DNA from: Mobula hypostoma
Taxonomy: Eukaryota
Assembly (NCBI RefSeq): GCF_963921235.1
Contig: NC_086097.1
Span: 136,154,001-136,218,000, forward strand
Length of the DNA: 64,000 nt
Reading direction: 5' to 3'
Positions within the stretch are counted from its first letter, which is position 1, and every line of letters starts with the position of its first letter. Of the stretch, positions 25,301 to 36,537 are shown piece by piece. Both the position numbers and the translations under genes were made by a program. The notes beneath the pieces were generated by a model that did no database searches, was not told where the DNA came from, and saw only the letters and a list, made by a program, of their open reading frames with translations.

Positions 25301-27764
25301 GTACACGACAGTGTTTGTGGCTACTTATGAAACTGTTCTGTGTCAGAGAGCAGTGGGAAAGGGTGGGTGACTTTGGCTGGCCACGAGGAAGGAGAATGTA
25401 AGCGGAAGGGGAGCAGAGCCTCTATAACAGAGCGAAGGGAACCGATTTTTTACCATCACTAAATGAGGTGGAAGACTTGACCAAACAAAGTGACCACTCT
25501 CTCCACTTAGATGCTGGGTTCTGTGTTTCCATCACCACCATAGTTCCCCGTCACCCTGTTTTCTTGGGCAAAGCAACAAAAAGTTTTTTGTTAGGAGGGG
25601 GTTTCAAAAAAATAGGATTCAGATGTTTCAAGTCTGGTCGGGAAGGGTCACTGGGAATGGTAGAAAATGTCCATCCAGCTTCAGATGCTTGAGAGAGTGA
25701 CTGGGTCTCTGGAGCTGTGGGAAGGGATGAAGGTGAGATTCAGGAACACAGCAGGCAGTGGGAGGTGTGGGGAGTTCTGTTCCTCACTTCGGCCACAGCC
25801 TTTTGTTGTCGCTTCCCTTCTCCCATTGCTCCCAGCATCCACTGACCATGGGTTAAAACCTTCTTAAAGTTGGATGATTTCCCATCCAGCCCCAAAGACT
25901 GACTCCTTTGTGGGACCCTTTGTTCAGATCTTGCAGTGCCAGTTCCATGGATTGGCCTTGGAGCCTTTCCACAAGGAAGCTTCAGGTCATGACTGGCAGC
26001 TACTCTCGATGGGCACGGCTCCCTTTAACCAGCAGACCTCGCACCATTCTGCAAAGTTCCTAGCAGTACTGGGCACCAGGTGTCAGTATGGCTGACAAAG
26101 GTTGAAGGGGATATAGAGGGGATTTGTTGAAACATACCATTCACGTGGAGAAGGTTGGTCCTTAGAGCAGGGAAGGTTAATTGGGGATTTAATGGGTGCT
26201 GTCGATGAAGAGCAGGAAATGACTCAAAAGCTTCTATCCTGCTGATATACGACTCTTGAACAGACCACTTATGGTGAAGGTGATCTCTGATCTTTGTCTA
26301 CCACATCGAGGCCCTCTGCTTTGTCCACCTGCTTTAATGTGACACTATATCCTTCAGGGTTATGGGCTGTATAGGAAGGAGGGATTAGATTGAGCATAGG
26401 CACAGCATTGTGGGCTGAAGGACTCCTAGTACGTTTTATATTCTGTTTTTCCTTTTTACTACCTCAATGCTCTTACAGTATGTATAGAAAAATCTGTCTG
26501 GATGACACACAAACAAAAGCTTTTCACAGTACCTCAGTACATGTGACAATAATAAAGCAATTACCAAGAATGATTCCAGTGGTGGGAGAAAGAGGGTAAC
26601 ACAAGGGGGCAGATCAGAGGGCAGAACGAAGCAGGAGGGAGGGGAGAGAATGTTCCTGTACACAATGAATTACACTGAGCTGGGGACACACAGCCATAAG
26701 GGAGGGGGTGGAAACTGATTGCTGAATTAAGCTTGCTGAGTTAAGGCTGAACAATTCAATACTGGCAGGGTTTGGGGAAAGGTTGGGAGGAGGACCCACA
26801 GGCCAGCTGTACAGTCGCTTCCTGGATACAGAGCAGGAGAGGGAACTGTACCCATTGCTCAGTACTGCACCTCTCAGTCTCTCCTGTAATGATATTTTTG
26901 GCCTGATATTTCCCGATGCAAGCAAGTCCAATGGATCCCAGCAAGGAAATGCACAAGTTTCTCCCTACAATTCCTTACATTCAGCTTGTGCCACTCTGGG
27001 AGCATGGGGGGGGGACGGCACTCATCACCCTGTCAGAGGATTCCGGTCCTGCTCCGGGTGTCTGAACGTGAAGATGTAGGCTGGGCCTCCGGAGGGAAGC
27101 GCAGCTCTGCGGAATGAGATGCAAAGGATCTGAACGCGCGTGGCCCATCACACCATCTCCAAAGATAACAGGGTGGTTGCGTCTCCATCGCCAGCTCTTC
27201 TCCCCCAGTCACCATGGAGAGAGATAGCACACCAACAAAGCTTTTGGCTCACTGAGTCCATGTCAATCAATCGCCCGTTACATTAATCCCACGTCCCTAT
27301 TAACTCCCCCTAGATTCTGCCCTTCACCTACACACTAGGGCAACACAGAGGGGCAAATGGACCACACACCTGCATGTATTTGCGATGCAGGAGGAAACAG
27401 GGGCACCCAGAGGAAACCCACATGGTTGAGGCTGTGGATCCAGCTGCTGCTTGATGATTAACCACGTTACTCTTTCTGGGAGCTTGCTGTGCCCAAATCG
27501 GCCCCTATGCTGCAAGACCACACAGAATCTTAGAATCAGTCACATAGCTCAGAGGCGAGGCTTTTGTCCCATCACGTCCATGCCGACCGCCCATTGTCCC
27601 ACCTCCCCGAAAGCCCGTTCAACCATGTTACCTCCGTAGACTTAAACCACAATTGCTGGATCTAAGATATTCTGTGAAATCCTGCCAGGGCTGTGAAAGA
27701 TGCTATATAAGCGCAACTTAGTCTCCATGTTTAGTAACAATTGATTTTCTTCACCAATTAACAG

Positions 27765-28694
27765 ATTCTCAACAAGTATGATTCGTGGATTTCGTTCCTC
27801 AGTAGTGTCCGATACTGGATGGCTTTCAACATTGAGAGAGCGTGCCAGTCGTACTTTGGTTGCGTGCAGTGCATCAGCGGCCCCCTGGGCATGTACAGGA
27901 ATGATTTACTGCACCAGTTCATGGAGGACTGGTACAACCAGGAGTTCCTGGGCTCACAGTGCAGCTTCGGTGATGACCGGCACTTGACGAATCGAGTGCT
28001 CAGCCTGGGCTACGCCACAAAGTACACAGCAAGATCCAAGTGCCTCACTGAAACCCCAACACAGTACCTGAGGTGGCTGAACCAGCAGACTCGCTGGAGC
28101 AAATCCTACTTCCGGGAGTGGCTCTACAACGCCCTGTGGTTCCACAAGCACCACCTGTGGATGACATACGAGGCAGTCATCACTGGATTCTTCCCCTTCT
28201 TCCTCATCGCCACCGTCATCCAGCTGTTCTACCGAGGAAGGATCTGGAACATCCTCCTGTTCCTCCTCACCGTCCAGCTGGTGGGCCTCATCAAGTCGTC
28301 CTTCGCCAGCTGCCTGCGGGGCAACATCGTCATGGTCTTCATGTCCCTTTACTCCATGCTCTACATGTCCAGCCTGCTTCCTGCCAAGATGTTCGCCATC
28401 GCCACCATAAACAAGGCAGGCTGGGGCACGTCAGGGAGGAAGACCATCGTCGTGAACTTCATTGGGTTGATCCCCGTGTCGTTGTGGTTCACCATCCTTC
28501 TGGGAGGGCTCATTTACACCATTTACAATGAGACGCGGGAACCCTTCTCCCAGTCCGAGCAGACGGTTCTGATTATCGGGGCGATACTCTACGCCTGTTA
28601 CTGGGTCATGCTCTTAACCCTCTACGTTGTCTTAATTACCAAGTGCTGCAGGCGAAACAAGAAGCAGAACTACGACATGGTATTCGATGTATGA
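27765..28694 (+). CDS. HAS2: HAS2 last coding exon (aa 244-552)
   Basis: Acceptor ttaacag, then ILNKYDSW...GDDRHLTNR...QQTRW...WGTSGRK...YDMVFDV-stop. 627+102+930 = 1659 nt = 552 aa plus stop, the length of mammalian HAS2. The GT2 D,D,D,QxxRW motifs are intact. Confidence 0.97.
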   Translation: MLNKYDSWISFLSSVRYWMAFNIERACQSYFGCVQCISGPLGMYRNDLLHQFMEDWYNQEFLGSQCSFGDDRHLTNRVLSLGYATKYTARSKCLTETPTQYLRWLNQQTRWSKSYFREWLYNALWFHKHHLWMTYEAVITGFFPFFLIATVIQLFYRGRIWNILLFLLTVQLVGLIKSSFASCLRGNIVMVFMSLYSMLYMSSLLPAKMFAIATINKAGWGTSGRKTIVVNFIGLIPVSLWFTILLGGLIYTIYNETREPFSQSEQTVLIIGAILYACYWVMLLTLYVVLITKCCRRNKKQNYDMVFDV

Positions 28695-30620
28695 TGTTTA
28701 CATTGGCACGTGGCAAGTGAAATATTCCAGGACATGGTGGCTTTATCAAGCAATGCCGCTGCGGGATATGAATCGTTGCTGCTTCAACTTCAAGAAATGC
28801 AATAGGGTTCACGCCAAAGAAATGAAAGTGCGTGAGGTCTGCACGGAATTCACGCTGAAGGAACTAATCTGTGTGGAACTATTTACGACTTGTTCTGACG
28901 TCGCTGCACTTTGTTTTCCTTATTGGACAAAATGCTTGATATGCTTCAGAATACCTCACTGGCAGTACTTGTGGATAGCGAGGCGGAGAACAGTGTTTGG
29001 TCACTTGAAACGAATGGGTCCCTCACTCCTGCACACAACCTCAGCAAATCCAGATTAATTCCAAGCCATACAGATGGAGTGAAAGTGAAAAGGTCACGAC
29101 TTGCAACCATTGGCTCTCTCACTCCGAGAAAGTGCCTCTAGCTTAATTTTTGGCTGAAATTGTAGGATTTTTATGTAAATTTTACTTTATAATTGAATTT
29201 TCCAGACTAGCGGACTGATGAGATTTGAATTTTGCATATCTTATTATTGTCCTTTTTTTTCCTGTTTTTAATATTAAATCTAAAAAGTTTTTATTACAAA
29301 TGTTAAAATTTTTGCTTGAATGACTTATGTGAATATCTGAACAAAAATGTGAAATGTTTGAGAATCTGGTCGGGTTCTGAGGTGGCAGTTAAAAATGACA
29401 GCAAATAGAAACCTCTACTCTCAGCAGGTGAAAGTCGATCTGGTCTCCAGTCAAGCACTACAGCGAGGCTGGAAAATGCATCTGCACCCTGCCTCAATAT
29501 GTCTTAGATGTCTTTTTTTGTTTAGTCCATAAGTGTGATTATTATACACTGGCTGCTCAATCAGTGGTGGTTCAATGATGATGTTCAAGCCAGTTTGGAA
29601 ACTAAATTTGAAACCCAGGGCTGTCCACCACTTGGCATTGTCCACTCAGCTGGGATGAGGAGTGCTTTATAACAAACACCTTTCCTTGGGTGGGCTAAAG
29701 AGAGAGCTAGCACCCAGAGGTGAGAGTTATTGAAAGGCACAGTCCCTTGCCTGCTGAAGATAAGTGAAAATGCAAAACAAAGATCCTGTGGGCCAAACCT
29801 AATCCCATTGACAGTGTGATCCACCTTTATCCAAAGTCTTGGAATTATTGAGGGATGATCGTATACCACTATTAGAATAGAGGAAAGCACCAGATTCAAT
29901 CTCAAGGCCTTGAGTGATTTATTCCAAAGACAAGTTGCACTGCAATGAACTGGGGACTGAAAAACCGAGTGAATCAAAGGTTAGGACTCTTGCATTTGTT
30001 GTGTTTTCCACAGAAAGGTTTTTCTGACCTTTTCCTGTTTACCAGTCATCCTCTTAATTGACACATTTCAGGAACAAGATTGCCATATGCACATTAGAAC
30101 ACTTCCAAGGGACTTTTTATGGATGTGAGTCATATGTCTATCTTTGGTTGAGGGGAGAAGGGGTAGAAATAGATTTTGATAATTTGTATTCATTGTGAAC
30201 ACATTGTTAGGAGCATGCAAGACTTTCGAGTGAGAGGTGGAATCCACAGTTTGTATGTGGGATTATGAATAACTACATCGTGTCTGCTAGACATTGACTT
30301 TTGTTTACATTTTCTTGTTAAAATTGACTGTTTTCTGGTGATTATATAAAAAATGGCAATTTTCCTTAATGTATTCAGCAGTATTGCATTTTTTAAAGAA
30401 GATAATTTTTGTCATTATTGCAAATAATAACCAAAAAATGTACATGCAAATCATTAAATTTCATAAATCTGCAAACATTTGATGTCTTTATGTAGCCTAT
30501 ATCATTCCCTTTAGAATGTTAACCATAGCACCCTATATTTATTTAAGCAAAGTTGCTGCATATTCCAAAATACAGATTGTATTAGATAAAGTTATGAATA
30601 AATATTTTTGATAACACAGA
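28695..30620 (+). other. HAS2: Probable HAS2 3' UTR
   Basis: Follows the stop codon, is AU-rich and has no recognisable TE. ATTTATTTA near 30537, ATTAAA at 29273 and 30453, AATAAA at 30597. The 3' end is inferred. Confidence 0.65.
30597..30602 (+). terminator. Candidate polyadenylation signal
   Basis: AATAAA followed about 20 nt later by a U/GU-rich tract (ttgttttattcttt). Confidence 0.55.
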
Positions 30621-30917
30621 ACACTTGTTTATTCTTTATCCTACAAGGAATAACAGAGGTTAATACTCCCCTAGTGGCACCAAGTCTTCTGTGTCTTTGG
30701 GCCCTTGGAGAAAGACAGTGGAAGGTAGAGCCTGTGAAAAATTGAACATGGGGCTTTGGAAAACTCTTACCTAATTCTAGATCTGATGAGTACAGAATTA
30801 AGTTAAAGAACTTCAAATTGAAGTAGAATTTTGTCTTTAACATCCCAAATGGGTATTTGTGCAGGTTGGAGTCCAAAAGGTGTCAGGAAAGCATGCTGGA
30901 ATGTTTAAATAGGTAAA

Positions 30918-31100
30918 GCAACACGCACAAAATTCTGGAGGGACTGAGCAGGCCGAGCAGCATCTGTGAAAAAGAGTAAACTGTTGATGCTTTGGGCGTC
31001 ACCTGTTTACACTTTTACATAGATGCTGCCTGGCCTGCTGCATTTTTCTGTGTGTTGCCTTGGATCTCCAGTATCTGCAAGAGTTTTCTCGTGTTTGTGT
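30918..31100. repeat. Inverted pair of Penelope-like termini forming a hairpin
   Basis: gcagcatctgtgaaaaagagtaaac pairs imperfectly with gtttacacttttacatagatgctgc, and the flanking arms also pair. Confidence 0.7.
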
Positions 31101-32396
31101 TCACATACATAGCTGAGTTTTAGGCTCACTGAGTCTTCACCGGCCATCAGCCACCCAGGAGGGGTGGGGCTAAGATGTGAACTGTTGCAAAGCATTGATT
31201 GGCAGCAAAACTGATCCTACAAGCTGTGAAAGTTCACCGGTCCGTGAGCCCTCAATAAAACTAGGCCCAGAAGCAAAGTCACAAAAATCCTCAAAGCAAA
31301 GCCCAATTTGGCAAAAGAGGTCTTCCTGCTCATTGGTGCAGGTCAGCCCAATTATCTTTCAATGCATCCAACAAGCTCAAAACTGAAAAACAAAGGATGG
31401 AGGGGGAGAGAACAAAAGGGAGTGGAAGTCCAGAGATTAAATGACAAAGGCACAGAGTAACAAATTAAAACGGATGTGATAATGGGACAAGAACAGAAAA
31501 GCAGGTGCAGGAGAAGGTGTAAATGGTCAGAAAGAATAGTGGGGGCAGAGAGAGAGAAAACATGGGAAAGATTATGCGGTCCTGGGAATGAGACTTGAAC
31601 TAGGTGGTTATGCCATTAAATGCAAGCCTCTATTGATGTAGAGCTGATCCTAGCTCTGCAATACACTAAAATGCTGGAAGAACTCAGCAGGCCAGGTAGC
31701 ATTTATGGAAAAGAGAATAGTCATCATTTCAGGCTGAAACCCTTCATCAGGACAGGAGAAAAAAAGAAGAGGCGTCAAATTAAGGTTGGAGGAGGAGAGG
31801 AAGAAACACAAGGGGATAGGTGAAACCAGGAGTGGGAGAGCTGGGAAGTTAATAGGTGAAAGAGATACAGGGCTGGAGAAGAGGCACTCTGAGAGGAGAG
31901 GACAGAAGGCCATGGAAGAAAGAAAAGGGGGAGGAGCACCAGAGAGAGGTGATGGGCAGGTAAGGAGATAAGGTGAGAATGGGAATGGTGAAAGGGAGCG
32001 TTATTGGAAGTTCAAGAAATCAATGTTTATGCCATCAGGTTGGAGGCTACCCAGATGAAATATAAGGTGTTGCTCCTCTAACCTGAGTGTGGCCTCATCG
32101 TGACAGGAGAGGAGGCCATGGACTGACATGTTGGAATGGGAATAGGAAGTGGAATTAAAATGGGTGACCATGGGAGACCCCTCCTTTTCTGGCAGACGGA
32201 GCCTAAGTGCTTGGCAAAGTGGTCTCCCAATCTACATTGGGTTTCACAGGAGGCCACACCGGGAGCATTGGACACAGGACACAGTAGGTGACCCCAACAG
32301 ACTCATAGGTGAAGTGTCACCTCAATTGGAAGGACGGTTTGGGGTTCTGAGGTGTAGTGGCAGGTGAAATGGTAGTGAGGAAGGAGGTATAGGGGC

Positions 32397-32538
32397 TGTA
32401 ATATTTATGTGACTCGGACACCGGTGTAGATTGAACAACCAACCTTTATTCACCAGACTTCCATTTTTTTAAAACCCTTTTCCACGTCCTGACGTCATAC
32501 GCACTCTGATGCTACGAATACTCACACAATACATTACA
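32397..32538 (-). repeat. 3' LTR (142 bp)
   Basis: Direct repeat of 34730-34872; by eye about 6 substitutions and 1 indel. Confidence 0.95.
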
Positions 32539-33225
32539 TCCCCCTTCTCAAGATTTTTTTTTCTTTTTACAACACTGAATTACCAAAACAATGCCTCTAG
32601 GTATGCCCTTCTTACAGTGCAACAACTCTGACATAAACTAAAAAAAATCTTACCTTCTTGTACTGTATTCTGCATTGTATCTTGTAATACTAACAGCAGT
32701 GTATTTTCTTTTACTAACATAGACTAATAAACCTTTTATTTCACACCTTGGAACTTATGACATGTGTGACTTTGCCTCAAACTGTATGTCTGGTCTCTGT
32801 ATCTAGCTGGAAGTTTGACTTGTCTCCCAGACCGTGTGTGATACAACTGTGACTGTGCTTGACCTTCATCCCTGTCAGTCTCTCCAGTGACCTCTGTGTC
32901 TTTGGGGTCTGCATCACCCTTGCTGTCGTTTGTTCCCATGTCTGTATACATGGAAATGTCCAGTGCATCTGTACGTGGAAACTCACTCTCGCCTGTCTTC
33001 AGCAGATGCTTCCTGTTCCTCCTGTAGACTCTTCCATCCGGCGTGCGAACTATGAAGGATCTTGGTTGCTGATGTCTGTTCACAACCACAGCTGGTTGCC
33101 AAGTGTCTCCTCTCTGTGTTCTGACATTTTCACCTGTATGCAGATCTGGCAACTGTCCTGTATGTCTGTCATAGAAGCTCTTTTGCTTTATTTGCTTGTA
33201 CTTTTGCTTGTCATGTACTTGAGCA

Positions 33226-34677
33226 TTACCTCCAGGAGTCAGTAGAGTTGTGGATGTTGGCAGTTTGGACTTCAGACGACGTCCCATCAGGAGAGAACCC
33301 CACACCCTCAATCGGTGTGTTGCGATATTCAAGCAGAGGAATGTAACGGTCACTGTTGCTGCTTTGTGCCTTCTTGAGCATGTTCTTGACAGTTTGTACA
33401 GTTCTCTCTGCTTGTCCATTAGACTGAGCGTGCCCTGGACTGGAAGTAGCATGTTGAAATTCCCAGCTTTCTGAGAACCCTCTGAACTCACCACTGGCAT
33501 ATTGTGGACCATTGTCACTAACGACGATATCAGGAATCCCATGTCTTGTGAATGATGACTTCATTGCGGTAATGACACCTCGACTGGACGTGTCACTTAA
33601 CTTGGTGATCTCCGGATATTTCGAATAGTAGTCCACACAAAGCAGATATTCTGTACCACTGTAGTGAAAGAGATCTGTGCCAATCTTCTCCCATGGTCTT
33701 CCTTTGATGTCCAGTGAGTTGAATGTTTCTGCCGACATTACATTGCACTTTGCCCCAGTGTCAAGCTTAGATGTCACTTTCCTCCTGTTTATTATCAGAT
33801 CTTGGGTCGGATCATCTTCATCCTCCATCTCTGCATTGTCAATATTCTTGATGCATACCTCCTGTTCCACTTCAACTGTGCCAGTGAACATGTCACTGTT
33901 GCCCTCACTCTGTTCCACAGCATGCATTTTCCTTGCTTGCTCCTTCGATTTGCACATCCTTGCAAAGTGATTTCTTTTCTGGCATAACTTGCATGTCTGA
34001 CCAAAGGCTGGACATTTTCTGTATCCATGTTTATAACCACATCTGTTGCAGTTAACTTCCTTTTGATCATCCTGTGGAGCTGGATTTGTCCTACTCTTGT
34101 TAGTTTTCACAGTTTTTACTTTGTGCACTTCAATCTCTTCATTGAGCACTTTAACCTGACTTGACGTGATCTCGCTGGCACGGCAAACATCAATCGCCCT
34201 TTCTAATGTAAGATCCGCCTCTCTCAATAGCCTGTGTCTCACTTGATCATCTCGTATGCCGCATACAATCCTGTCATGTATTAAAGAGTCATGCAGTTGT
34301 CCGAACTCACAGTCTTTTGCCTTGCTCTTCAAATCTGTTACATAGGCGTCTATGGTCTCTATTGGTCCTTGAGCCCTTGTGAAAAACCGGTGTCGGATGA
34401 TGAACGGTAAGTTTTTTCTCGGTTCGCAGTAATCTTGAAACTTTTTTTTCAACACTTCAATTTTATCTTGCTCATCATCTTGGAAGACAAACGTGTTGCA
34501 AACCTTTATTGCCTCTTCCCCCGCCACATGCAGAAACGTAGCACATTGCACCTTCTCCATCTTTTCAGCTACGCCTTTAGCGGTGCAAAACAGCTCAAAC
34601 TTCTGGATCCATATTTTCCAGTTCTCAGCAAGATTACCTTGTAGGCTTAAACTTGACGGTGGCTGTAACTGTGACAT
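33226..34677 (-). CDS. Gag (two Cys/His knuckles) - partial protease - integrase core fusion ORF, 483 aa, no RT/RNase H
   Basis: CNRCGYKHGYRKC and CKLCQKRNHFARMC; KLDTGAKCNVM; then directly RPWEKIGTDLF...SDNG-(35)-E(R). The integrase C-terminus continues in the frame of ORF 32736-33542 (LMGRRLKSKLP...PRSFIV...YRRNRKHL). Confidence 0.85.
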   Translation of the reverse strand: MSQLQPPSSLSLQGNLAENWKIWIQKFELFCTAKGVAEKMEKVQCATFLHVAGEEAIKVCNTFVFQDDEQDKIEVLKKKFQDYCEPRKNLPFIIRHRFFTRAQGPIETIDAYVTDLKSKAKDCEFGQLHDSLIHDRIVCGIRDDQVRHRLLREADLTLERAIDVCRASEITSSQVKVLNEEIEVHKVKTVKTNKSRTNPAPQDDQKEVNCNRCGYKHGYRKCPAFGQTCKLCQKRNHFARMCKSKEQARKMHAVEQSEGNSDMFTGTVEVEQEVCIKNIDNAEMEDEDDPTQDLIINRRKVTSKLDTGAKCNVMSAETFNSLDIKGRPWEKIGTDLFHYSGTEYLLCVDYYSKYPEITKLSDTSSRGVITAMKSSFTRHGIPDIVVSDNGPQYASGEFRGFSESWEFQHATSSPGHAQSNGQAERTVQTVKNMLKKAQSSNSDRYIPLLEYRNTPIEGVGFSPDGTSSEVQTANIHNSTDSWR

Positions 34678-34729
34678 CTTTTACGTGTCTTCTCTTCCTT
34701 TTTATTTTTCGCGTTTTCTTCTGACACCA

Positions 34730-34872
34730 TGTAATATTGATGTGACTCGGACACCGCTGTAGATTGAACAACCAACCTTTATTTACCAGACTTCCATTTT
34801 TTTTTAAACCCTTTTCCACGTCCTGACATCATACGCACTCTGATGCTATGAATACTCACACAATACATTACA
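34730..34872 (-). repeat. 5' LTR (143 bp)
   Basis: Adjacent to the PBS; TG...CA ends. Confidence 0.95.
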
Positions 34873-36537
34873 GGGGCAGGTGAAGGACTTGTTCCACTTG
34901 CATGGATAAGTGCCAGGAGGGAAATTAGTGGGGAGAGACGAATGGACAAAGGAGTTGTGTAGGGTAGCGATCCCTGCAGAAAGCAGAAAGTGGTGAGCGA
35001 GGAGAGGGAAAGATGTGCTTGGTGTTGGGATCCCATTGGAGATGGCAGAAGCTACAGAGAATTATGTTTTTGGATGCGGAGGCAGGTGGAGTGTTTGGTG
35101 AGGACAAGAGGAACCCTATCCTTGGTGGGGTGGCGGATGGATGGGGTGAGGGAAAATGTGTGCAAAATAGAAGAGATGCAGCTGAGGGCAGTGTTAATGG
35201 TGGAGGAAGCCCCTTTCTTTGAAGGAGGAGGACATCTCCTTCATTCTGGAAAGAAAAGCCTCATCCTGAGAACAGATGCGGCAGAGACGGAAGAATTGAG
35301 AGAAGGGTATAGCATTTTTACAAGTAACAGGCTGGGAAGAGGTATAGTCCAGGTAGGTGTGAGAGTCCATGGGTTTATAATAGACATCAGTAGATAAACT
35401 GTCTCCGGAGGTAGAGACTGAGAGATTGAGAAAGGGGAGGGAGGTGCTGGAAATGGACCGGGTAAATTTGAGGGCAGGTTGGAAGTGGGAGGCAAAGTTG
35501 ATGAAGTCGATGAGCTCTGCATAGGTGCAGATAGCAGCACCAATGCAGTTGTCGATGTAGCATTGGAAAAATTGGGGAGTGACACTAGTATAGACTTGAA
35601 ACATAGACAGTTCATGTAGCTGACAAAAAGGCAGGCATAGCTGGGACCCATGTGAGTGCCCATGGCTACACCTTTCATTTGAAGGAAGTGGGAGGAACCA
35701 AAGGAGAAATTATTGAGGGTGAAGACCAGTTCCACCAGATGGAGGAGAGTAGTGGTGGAGGGGAACTGGTTGGGTTTGGTGTCTAGAAAAAACCGAGAGC
35801 TTAGAGGCCTTCGTGGTGGGGGATGGAGGTGTATAGGGACTGGAACTCCATAGAGCAAAAAAAATGATCGGGACCAGGGAACAGGATCTCCCAGTGGCCT
35901 GCCACTTTAACTCTACTTCCCATTCCCATTCCGACCTCTCAGTCCACGGCCTCCTCCATTGTCACAATGAAGCCACACTCAGGTTGGAGAATTAAAACCT
36001 TATATTCTGCCTGGGTAGCTTCCAACCTGATGGCATGAATATGGATTTCTCGAACTTCCGGTAATGCCTGCAGTTCACTATTCCCCATTCCCATTTCCCT
36101 CTTTTACTTTATCTCCTTCCCTGCTCAACACCTCCCTCTGGTGCTCCCGCCCCTTTTCTTTCTTCCATGGCCTTCCGTCCATGGCACTCCTATCAGATTC
36201 TCCCTTCTCCAGTCCTGTATCTCTTTTACTAATCAATTTCCCAGCTCTTTACTTCACCCTCCCCCTCCCAGTTTCACCTATCACCTTGTGTTTCTTCCTC
36301 CCCTCCCCCCACCTTCTTACACAGGCTGCTTATCTGTCCTGATGAAGGGTCTCGATGGGAAACGTCGAATCATCCAACCAGGTCAGAATTGATCTTCCCC
36401 CTAACACCACTCCCTGCCTTTCCCCACACAGAACCACTGATTCACTAACGTCGACCAACCTCAGCTTTAAAATGAATATTTGTTTGGTATTTTCCAAAGT
36501 TTCAGCACCGCTCATGCAGAAATGTTCCGGAATCAGG

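Larger units (their letters stand above)
32397..34872 (-). mobile_element. Internally deleted Ty3/Gypsy (Mag-like) LTR retrotransposon, 2476 bp
   Basis: LTRs 32397-32538 and 34730-34872 (TGTAAT...ATTACA), 5-bp TSD GGGGC on both sides, PBS TGGTGTCAGAAG (34718-34729) matching a tRNA-Leu 3' end, PPT GAGAAGGGGGA next to the 3' LTR. Confidence 0.95.
31655..36370 (-). mobile_element. Penelope-like retroelement (RT + GIY-YIG remnants) with an inverted second 3' end, interrupted by a Gypsy element
   Basis: ORFs 35241-35858 (LTLNNFSF-like...QMKGVAMGTHMGPSYA) and 35194-35604 (YIDN, LPFL, VYYKP, AIPFSQF.RL.RICS). ORF 32078-32275 ETQCRLGDHFAKHL resembles the GIY-YIG helix. 35883-36370 is a plus-strand copy of the 3' end. 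Confidence 0.8.

Noticed and set aside
27936..27938. Naked mole-rat-type Asn-to-Ser substitutions linked to very high mass hyaluronan
   Set aside because: Asn178 and Asn301 are both retained by my residue count.
12459..28694. HAS1, HAS3 or a bacterial/viral hasA
   Set aside because: The N-terminus, ETPIKLNKTVALC, the C-terminal YDMVFDV, the 552-aa length and spliceosomal introns all fit HAS2.
28073..29058. Overlapping ORFs 28073-28531 and 28687-29058
   Set aside because: Alternate frame of a GC-rich exon and a chance 3' UTR ORF, with no recognisable motifs.
33226..34677. Domesticated gag/integrase host gene
   Set aside because: Still bounded by LTRs, PBS, PPT and TSD, and carries a frameshift in the integrase C-terminus.
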